From the NCBI GenBank assembly GCA_012295275.1, contig CM022677.1:806001-870000 (forward strand): a stretch of DNA of 64,000 bases, written 5' to 3'. Shown one piece after another: positions 55,001 to 64,000 of the stretch (positions within the stretch are counted from its first letter, which is position 1; each line of letters begins with the position of its first letter). The stretch comes from Chrysomallon squamiferum (lineage: Eukaryota > Animalia > Mollusca). The notes below the pieces were generated by a model. The model made no database searches, was not told the origin of the DNA, and saw only the letters and a program-made list of their open reading frames with translations. Made by a program: the position numbers and the translations under genes.

Positions 55001-58000
55001 AGTCTGTTTGTGGAACTGAACATGCTACCGCTGCGAATCCGACGCAGCACACAGAGTCTCAAACACTGGTTCAAAATCAAAAATCTAATCCCCACCCATC
55101 CATAAACACAGTAATCCCAAACAGCCTACCCGACATCAACGACATCACTTAACATCATACACAGGACAGCAAACAGACTAAACCTACTGGACCTAGAACT
55201 CGAAAACAACCCTTCACCCTTAGAACCCCCATAGACAATAAAACAACTAGACATACCTCTAACGCTTAGACGGGAAGTATCGAAGACGGAACACGACCCA
55301 TTTAAAAACGTAATTTTTAGAGCAGCATTAAGCGACCACTACTCGGACTTCATACAGGTCTACACAGACGGCTCCAAAGACCCTCTCACGGGAAGAACAG
55401 GCATGGCCTTTCATGTCAGACCGGAACTACCCGACCCACCCTTCAACTACAGAGGTAGACTGACCAACAACCTATCCGTCTTTACTACGGAACTAATAGC
55501 TATTCTCTCAGCACTTAAATGGATCCTAACTCAAACTTATGTCACAAACACGAAAAAGAAATACCTCATACTAACTGACTCCCTCAGCTCATTGCAAGCT
55601 CTGCACAAACTCAAATTCAGCTGCTCCCAGTACATGAGAGAGATTATCGAACTCACAAACTGTATCAACTACAGAGGACACAAGGTCACTTTCGAGTGGG
55701 TACCCGCTCACGTGGGTGTTACTGGAAACGAGCTGGCAGACAAAAACGCAAAACACTCGCTAGAAGACGACACGATCGACTTTGACTCTAAATACAACGT
55801 TAACGAAATCATGACCATAGCGCACAATAAGCTAATAGAATCGTGGCAACAAGACTGGGACAACAAAACTAGACTATGGCATTACATAATTAAACCGAAA
55901 GTAAACTCGCCCATCCCACTCTCAGACAACAACAAAACAACTCAAACTTTAACCCGTCTCAGAGTGGGAGTGACCTTCGGACTAAACGACAGCAGACATA
56001 GACTTGACAACACTGTGAGTAACAAGTGCGGCACATGCCATAAACTGGACAATGTCAGACACTATCTGTTCTATTGCACGAAGTACGACAAGGACAGACG
56101 CAAACTAAAACACAGCTTTAACAAACATCAAAGTCAGATTTACACCAGTTGACATTTTCAACCCTCCCAAACACTTAAAAAAACAAGTAGACAACCTCAT
56201 AATGCGATACGTGGAAGTAACAAAAATCAAAATATAAACACAGAGACAATTTCACAAAATACTACATAAAATAAACATATCCCTATCTAACCCCAGAACC
56301 AACTGGTAACCTCCCTTTCGACAGATTTGCGGCCAAACAACTCCAAAAACATACAACAACGCGACGCTAACAACAACAAAAACATACAACAACGCGACGC
56401 TAACAACAACAAAAACATACAACAACGCGACGCTAACAACAACAAATGCATACAACAACGCGACGCTAACAACAACAAAAACATACAACAACGCGACGCT
56501 AACAACAACAAAAACATACAACAACGCGACTCTAACAACAACAAAAACATACAACAACGCGACGCTAACAACAACAAAAACATACAACAACGCGACTCTA
56601 ACAAGAAAAACATACAACAACGCGACGCTAACAACAACAAAAACATACAACAACGCGACGCTAACAACAACAAAAACATACAACAACGCGACGCTAACAA
56701 CAACAAAAACATACAACAACGCGACGCTAACAACAACAAAAACATACAACAACGCGACGCTAACAACAAGAAAAACGTGCCCGACACGATGAAACTACGA
56801 GTTTTTTTTTCTTCTTTCCTCTCTCTCTCGTTATATAATAGTAAAAATAAATAAATAAATAAACAAATAAATAAATAAATATAAATGAATAAGACCCCTC
56901 AAACAATGCCCATTGCATATATATATATATGTATATATGTGTATGTGTATGTGTATGTGTATGTATGTATATAGGTATATATATATCTATATATGTGTAT
57001 ATGTATATATGTGTATGTGTATGTATGTATATAGGTATATATATCTATATATGTGTATATGTATGTATGTGTATGTATGTATATAGGTATATATATCTAT
57101 ATATGTGTATATGTATGTATGTGTATGGGTGTGTATATATGTATATCTACTGCACCCTTTTGGATCTTATTAACTAAAAACCACTGAAAGGTTTATTCCA
57201 AATTGCCCACTTCAAATGCACCTTCTCCTTCTCCTTCCCCTTCCCCTTTCCTGTCTCGGAACCAATCCCTGGCGATCACAGAGATCGCATCCGTGATAGG
57301 CGTGCCTGAACCTTGAATTGGACGTGGGCACGTAAAAAGAGTTTCCATCCTTCCATCTTTGATCAGTGCCCTTCTTGAGAGTCTTTGTCTCCACAAGACA
57401 AAGGAAAACGCAGACAATGGTAATTAAGGTTTAATGTTTTGTATAGGTAACATACATCTTGAATGATTGAAGATAGCTAAATCTATTACTGTTGAATTTT
57501 TCATAGTGTTATTCTGTGGTACTTACATTTATAAAAACAAAGATAACGTATTTTAATAACTAAAAGATTATTTAGAAAGATCAAGTAACCAACTGGGCTG
57601 AATTAGTTTTGTATTATTTGTCAACGCTGTTTGCTTTGATAACGTATCGTGGAATCGTGCGATTTAACTATGTGACCATATATTACCCTTGAGGGTTAAT
57701 TTGTATAAACAGCATATATATTATATAAAACAGTTATCCATACTGAATTCGTGTTTGTGTTATTGTTCTCTTGTGGACACAGAATAGTCATTTAATAGTT
57801 AAGCTGTCTGAGATAATTAACACCTTGTCACGTGATGCTGTTATAGTCTGCTGCCCTTTCAGGTACTAATACCACTCAGACTAGTCACATGACATATGCA
57901 CTATCTAAAATCCTTTAAGTTAGCATCTCAGAAAACTTATCACCCAACTCCTTGTAATGCCAAAATTAGCTGAGAGTTTCTGTCAATATTATAAAGAGGA

Positions 58001-58942
58001 TGGACTGTAATTAAGATTAAAAAAGAACAAATCACAACATAATGAACGTTTGTAATATTATGTAAAATGTTTCAATTTGACGAAAGTTGTGCATTTTGAG
58101 TTTCACAAATGTCTAATTTTGAACTGTTGCCATTATCTTTGAATTCAGCTTACGTTAACACGTCACACAGCAAACTGCCTAAATAACAAGTTGGTATTTG
58201 CTTCATTAATTAAACTTTTACCTGTCTGTGTATCAATTTCAGGTGCTGATTTATACAGGTATTTGGAAGACGCGCCAGAGCGTGTTGTTGTCATCATCAG
58301 CGCTGACCTCGCACACACGCCTCTCAGCACTGACCCATACGGCTACTCCAACGCATCAGAGCCATTCGACCATGTAAGTACAACCAGTCAGTCGTGCTTG
58401 AACCTTTTAGAAACACTTTAAAATTTCACCACAACAACAGTATCAAAGCAGATATGTTTTGTAATAGCACCTGAGCATATTTTTATATTTGTGATTAATA
58501 GGTGTTAAATAGGCTTATTTATTTGTTTGAATTAATGAACGTCACTGATGTTTGGGAGAATTTCTAAAACTATTTATGTTTAATGTTATGGGTAGCAAAG
58601 AACATGCTGCAACTGTTTTGTCTTCAGTGTTGAAAGATTTGTGTGATTAGTACATAACTGATCACAGTTTGTTTTTGTTTCATTAATACAGTTGTCACGA
58701 TGGTTCCCATTATTTGAATATTTCAGGCTGTTGGTGAGTGGGCAGCGACTCTGGACGGCATGTTGCTGTTGAACAGAGCGGCTGGACTAGTCGATCGCGC
58801 GCTGTCGTGTGGTTACACGGGTCTAGTCATGTTACATGGTCTGTTAGAAACTGCCGGGCTGTCGTCATGGTTACCAAACGTTTTAGCAAACTATCACCCA
58901 AGTTACTACGGTATGATGGTAGCATCATTCGTTCAGAGATGA
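49058..58942 (+). CDS. LigB/MEMO-fold (class III extradiol dioxygenase-like) protein, ~308 aa, probably secreted; exons 49058-49512, 49919-50043, 58243-58373, 58727-58942
   Basis: All four exons are open with canonical GT/AG and compatible phases. Motifs PHG, TPH, SADLAH, SCG, YYGM and a signal-peptide-like N-terminus [13 protein letters not shown]. Intron 2 (8.2 kb) is filled with TE remnants, so joining the halves is an inference. Confidence 0.7.
50403..51650 (+). mobile_element. Possible LTR (about 50403-50771) plus leader/gag start of an LTR retrotransposon
   Basis: Departs from the paralogous intron at TG and ends ...TAACA, with TATA-like and AATAAA motifs. A leader with repeated GACGGAATCG and a low-complexity ORF at 51096 follow. 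No second LTR or clear PBS. Confidence 0.3.
51650..52830 (+). mobile_element. Probable 5'UTR/ORF1 remnant of LINE family B
   Basis: TCAGATACAAAAGGAATAC resembles the family A 5'UTR TCAGAAACGAAAAAGATAC. An AT-rich leader precedes ATG 51888 and A/C-rich broken ORFs. Confidence 0.4.
53923..57357 (+). mobile_element. I-group LINE family B, 3' half: RT, RNase H, CCHC finger, 3'UTR, TTCCATC tail
   Basis: [71 protein letters not shown]. The tail TTTCCATCCTTCCATC abuts TTTGATCAGTGCCC. Confidence 0.95.
56345..56770. repeat. 33-bp tandem repeat, about 13 units, in the LINE B 3'UTR
   Basis: Unit AACAACAACAAAAACATACAACAACGCGACGCT. Confidence 0.97.
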
Positions 58943-60731
58943 AAAGAAGAATGAACAAAACATTTCATATGGAAATGAAGAAAAATTATACAATAACAAC
59001 AATAATAATTATAATAATTATGATGATGATGATGATAATGATGGTAATAATAAATAATAACAAGAACAACAATGGATCTTTAGCTGGGAAGCCGCTGTTT
59101 TTTTTTTTTTCGCTATAGACTCGAGAGTTCCATTTTACATGTGCAGTGATCACACTTCTGTACTTGTGTACTTCTTTTAACACAACTTGCCTTTGATTTC
59201 GTCACTGACTGTGTCTGTAGACGTGCATACAGTGTTATACAGCGTTATACAGTGTTATACAATATTATATAGCGTTATACAGTGTTATACAGCGTTATAT
59301 AAGTGTTATAGAGCATCATACAGTGTTATACAGCGTTATACAGTGTTATACAGCGTTATACAGTGTTATACAGTGTTATACAGCGTTATACAGCGTTATA
59401 CAGTGTTATACAGTGTTATACAGCGTTATACAGTGTTATACAGTGTTCCTTACCGCTAATGATCGGCTACATTCAAAGTTGTGTGAGTCAGCTGTGTTGT
59501 GTTTAGATTCGTTACAATAAAGTACTAAATAAAAACTGATTGATTGTTTAACTAAAAATATTTGTGTTGTGTATTAACCATCACAACCTAAAGAAATAGA
59601 GGGAACTTTATTTATGACAGTTCTCGTCTCAGATTTTTAAAGTAGTTGATAACATAAATTCTAAAACTTCACTTTGTGGACATATCTTTATTAATAATAG
59701 TTGTCCTAGTTAATTAATTAATTGACTGATTGATTATTTCTTTCTTTCTTTATTTATTTTTATTGGTTTATTCATTCATTTATTTATTTAGTTAATTATT
59801 TATTTCAGCTCAAAAGGGAGATCACATGTCACTTCTGAGTTCTGTTTCTGAGAGTCTCAAAACCTTTAAAGAAGCTCTTCAGACAGAGATGGATGACATG
59901 ATTGAGCAACTTCGCCAAGCCGTCGACATCAACGTCGTGGACACTACAGAAGAGGTCACAAGGATTGGCAACACACTAATCACAGATTTTACTGCCGCAG
60001 TCCAGGTTAATAAGAGAAATAGAAAAATCTCAGAACTTTATAAACTCAGAAATAGACAAATTATTCAATGAACACAAACATCTTATTGAGGAAAACGAAA
60101 AAATGATAAAATTGGGGGAAGATTTGCTGAAAAGAAAATCAGATGTAAAAATTAACATTTTAAAATTCACCAAACTTCAAAACACAACTTCCAAGTTTCT
60201 GTCCAAATCTCGTTCCCAAACAGAAGAAGCAAAGTTTAAAATAAATCTGATAAAATCTGACAAAAAGGCAGAAATGTCAGTCCACATTGGAGAAATATCC
60301 ACAAACATCCAAACAGACACACAGATAGACACACTCAAACACACAGGCACAACTGACACAAAAACACAACACACAAACACACAGATAGAGAGTCTAACAG
60401 ACACACTCAAACATATAGACACCATTAACATAAAAACACAAGAAGATAAACAAAATTCTTTTCCGGTTTTCATGCTGGTGTCAGGTGCAGACAAAAGTAA
60501 AATTGTTGTCAGTGATTGTTTCAATGTCTGTGTAAAATGTTTTTGTTTAGAAAGAAAATCACTGATAAAAAGATACAAAACTTCCTCTAGACCATGCGGT
60601 CTTGCTGAATCACGTGATCAGCGGGGTGATGTTGTTGTTGTTGTTGCTGTGCCAAGTAAATATAAAATATTGTTTTTAAATTTGGAAAACTTCAAACTGG
60701 TAAAAACAGTTAAAACTGTTAAAGGCTATGA

Positions 60732-60818
<87 letters not shown>

Positions 60819-62423
60819 TGTAAACTGTTCTGTTATTTTGTAGTTTATTTCAAGAAAGTGTAATTAAAAAAAAAAAAATATATATATACATCCAGTGTAA
60901 TCAAAATAAAACTGAAATAAAACATTTATATGATAAAAATAAAATTCTTCTGTCATTATTTTATTTAAATTTTAAAACTATTTTACATTGTTTCTTGATA
61001 TTCACCTATATATCTATATGTGTAAAATGTAATTAATATATGTAGTACTCTTATTATAAATTTATTATTAACAGCTAATATAAATGATTGTTGTTGTTTT
61101 TTTTGGATGAGGGTTCCAAGTGTACTCAACTATTCTACTTCATTTTTTTCTTTTTGTTTTGCCTGACGTAATTTTTATAATTTTCTCTTCAGACATGGAA
61201 AAGAAGAAAAGGTCTCTCTCTCTCTCATGCACACACACACTCACACCATCAAAAATAAAATAGGAGAAACAATCGCACGAACGAAAAATGCAAATAAAAA
61301 TAAAAAACATAAAAAATAACGATGTTTTGAAAACACGACTAAATATGAAACTGTATACTGGAGATCTACAGACACGTGTTTTACATCCGGGGGTTAGGGT
61401 TCGTGCTTCCTCTTTATTTACTCAGTACGTTCAAGTTAGTTTCTGAGCGGGCGCATCACCTAATATAATAAATATATTATTTTAATTTCTATTAATGACG
61501 CCGTCATTGTCGTCGTACCAGCGTTGTTCTGAACGTTTTGGTGTTCTTGTCATTATTTTACGCGTTTTAAAATCTGTTATTCTTACCATCATATATTGGA
61601 ATATATTGTTACTATTTGCCGTCGTAATGGTGTTGTTCTTAACGTTCTCGATTTAATTTTCATTATTCTTTTACGCTTTTTATTAGCTGTTATTCTTACT
61701 TTCTGACCATGCGAGTCCTGTATTAAAATATGTTATTATTGTATCTGTTAATGTCGCCGTCGTTGCCGTCGTAAGGGTTTGTTCTTAACTTCTTAGTGTC
61801 CGCATCCGATTAAAATGTATTATTAGTTTTTATTAATATCGCGTTGTTGTCGTCATAACGGTGTTGTTTCTAACGTTATTACTTACTTAGTTATTAATTT
61901 AATTATATATTTGTTTTTGCATGCTTAGAGGAAAATAATGCAATAATCCTATTCCAATCAATCTTACTGGTCTTATAGAAGTGTTATTATTTACTTCTCT
62001 CTTTGTTAAACATAGATAATAACTTCTAGACAGGTATATACTATTTCAACCTATTAATAAATATTATGTTGTGCTTCTAGGACTAATGTTAAATTACTGC
62101 TTCAAAACTGTCTTATTTCTATATTTAAAAATCTATCTGAAAAATGAAAGAAGCATGAAATTTCACTAGTGTTCATTAAAATAGTTAGTCTTTTCAAAAA
62201 ATCACAAAAACATTATTAAGAATATGGAGAAATACTTCTATGCACAATGACAACAATGACAGACTTTCACCGGAATTGTCTCATCTATGAGAAAGGTTTT
62301 TATTTTTACTATATGAATCAAACAAAAATGTCAACATGAAAACATTAATGAAATATACATATTTATATAATCTGTTCATTCTTTGAGCCTTTGAATGAAA
62401 GTAAAATATCTCATTCAGCTGTA
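57356..62423 (+). repeat. Segmental duplicate of about 40081-45074 (LigB-like exons 3-4, TRIM-like exon, downstream repeats)
   Basis: Colinear near-identity, ending at TCATTCAGCTGT in both copies. Confidence 0.9.
59809..60735 (+). pseudogene. TRIM/B-box-family-like exon, second copy
   Basis: Paralogue of 42461-43390 with the same in-frame TGA at 60069-60071. Confidence 0.55.
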
Positions 62424-62918
62424 TTGTTTCTTCAGACAAAACCGGTGATCCTTTGACACTGATTCACACAAACATTTTCTTTAGATCATCAACAGTAATT
62501 TAAATGAAGTGTTTTCTGTAATGTCTGTTTTGTTCATTTTGGTCACAGACGTTGGTCAAAATAAACACAAAGTTCTTTCACAATAATGTTTCATTTGCAC
62601 ATTTGTTTGAATGGTCCAAGGTATTGAATAATGTATGCCAATATTTCTCTGTCCTGAATTTTTCAAGAACAACACTGATTGGTTTTGATGGGTCATTTGT
62701 TACATTCATGATGATTGGTTTATTACAGATCAGTGGCCAGACTTTTATTACAGACACCATGACTGGCTATTTTTAACTCTCAGATCACCATGGTTACATG
62801 ATTGGTAAATAACAAACTTTTTTACCAGTCTTTTCTTACAGACACAGTGACTGGATAACAGAACTCACAGAATTTTATTACAATCATAATGATTGGTTAA
62901 TTTAAAATCCCAGATCTG

Positions 62919-63098
62919 CTATAATGAAGTCTCATTGGTTGGTGGCCTAACAGTGTCTATCTCAAGCACTTCAATTCTTTGTTTGAGCAGTTTTATCTGT
63001 CTCTCGTAGCGATCTGTCATCCCCTGTAACTGAGTCTCAATTTCTTCAGCTTGCTCTGGTACATCTTCTTTGCTTTATCAAATGCTGATATCAAGGCA
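62919..63098 (-). CDS. MCC: Terminal coding exon of an MCC (mutated in colorectal cancers) homologue, with a 1-nt frameshift
   Basis: ttacag|..ALISAFDKAKKMYQSKLKKL/ETQLQGMTDRYERQIKLLKQRIEVLEIDTVRPPTNETSL* matches the MCC C-terminus (AYEKAKKKHQNKLKKLESQM...MLKQRIALLEEENSRPHTNETSL), including the PDZ-binding ETSL. Confidence 0.82.
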
Positions 63099-63864
63099 CT
63101 GTAAGAGAAAAAAAAAAAAAAAAAAATAAATATATAAATAAATAAATTAATAAAATAAAATAAAAGATTATTATTTAAAATTAGTTTATAGTATTAAGGC
63201 ACTATGGGGGAAAACAAAGGAAAATGAAAAGAATATAAAATTAGAATATGCTATTTATGTTACAAAAATACTAATCATATAAAGGAACTACAAAAATAAA
63301 ATTAAAAAGCTATGTAACTATTATGTTAATTTGATTTAAAAATAAAAATAATATAGCAATGCTTTATAAAATAAAGTGAAATAAGATGATGTAAAATTAA
63401 ATTATTTATATTGCAAAAATAAAATTAAAAAAATTAGAATAATAATGATATCAAGACATTACAGGGCAAAAAATAAAGTAAAATAAAGATTATAATATTA
63501 GATATGTCAATTATATTACAGAAATACTAATGCTATCACTACAAAACATTACAAAACAAAACAAAAATAAAATAAAAATTAGATGCAATTTATGTTAGAA
63601 ATATATAAATGTTAATAACAACAATATTAGTAAAAGTGATTTTAGTACTGCACAAAAACTCTTCCACAAAAAATCCCAGACAGAAAAAGCAATGACATTA
63701 TGTCAATTTATATACTGTTTATATAATTATAATATTCATATAATAAGTTTAGTATCAAAATGTCTCTAAATATAATTTGAATTCCTGTTTGAAACGTGTG
63801 TATGTATTTGCATAGACCAATGTTTAGTGTAGAACATGTAGATTATGCATGACATGCATACACC

Positions 63865-64000
63865 TGTATGTTTACCTGTTAGCTCATTTCAGGTCACTGA
63901 CAAACTCTGCTGACTGTTGATGTCTGTATGTTTACCTGTTATGTCTGTATGTTTACCTGTTATGTCTGTATGTTTTACCTGTTAGGTCACTGACAAACTC
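63865..64000. repeat. Short tandem repeat (TGTCTGTATGTTTACCTGTTA, about 21 bp)
   Basis: Direct repeats at the window end. Confidence 0.8.

Overview
AT-rich, microsatellite-dense animal genomic DNA with three 200-N scaffold gaps. The 5S rRNA sequence GUCUAC...GUAGAC points to a mollusc or another lophotrochozoan. The backbone is a tandemly duplicated 4-exon gene for an apparently secreted LigB/MEMO-fold (class III extradiol dioxygenase-like) protein, with one ORF-intact copy and several broken ones. It is accompanied by duplicated TRIM-like pseudo-exons and the last exon of MCC. Two divergent I-group LINE families (APE-RT-RNase H) both end at essentially the same site in intron 2 of paralogous copies, about 29 nt downstream of a TATA-like box and at the start of a ~52-nt hairpin-ending sequence that may be a small RNA gene. 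One LINE has a 12-bp TSD but spans 31.8 kb, because its RNase H domain is split by ~25.7 kb of cargo. That cargo contains two 5S rRNA genes in a modular spacer, TTAA-bounded Kolobok-like inverted repeats, intron-containing CAMSAP/patronin pseudo-exons (one has spawned a minisatellite) and a decayed SWIM-finger gene. Part of the duplication may be haplotype or assembly redundancy. All homology calls are from motif recognition by eye, not from database searches.
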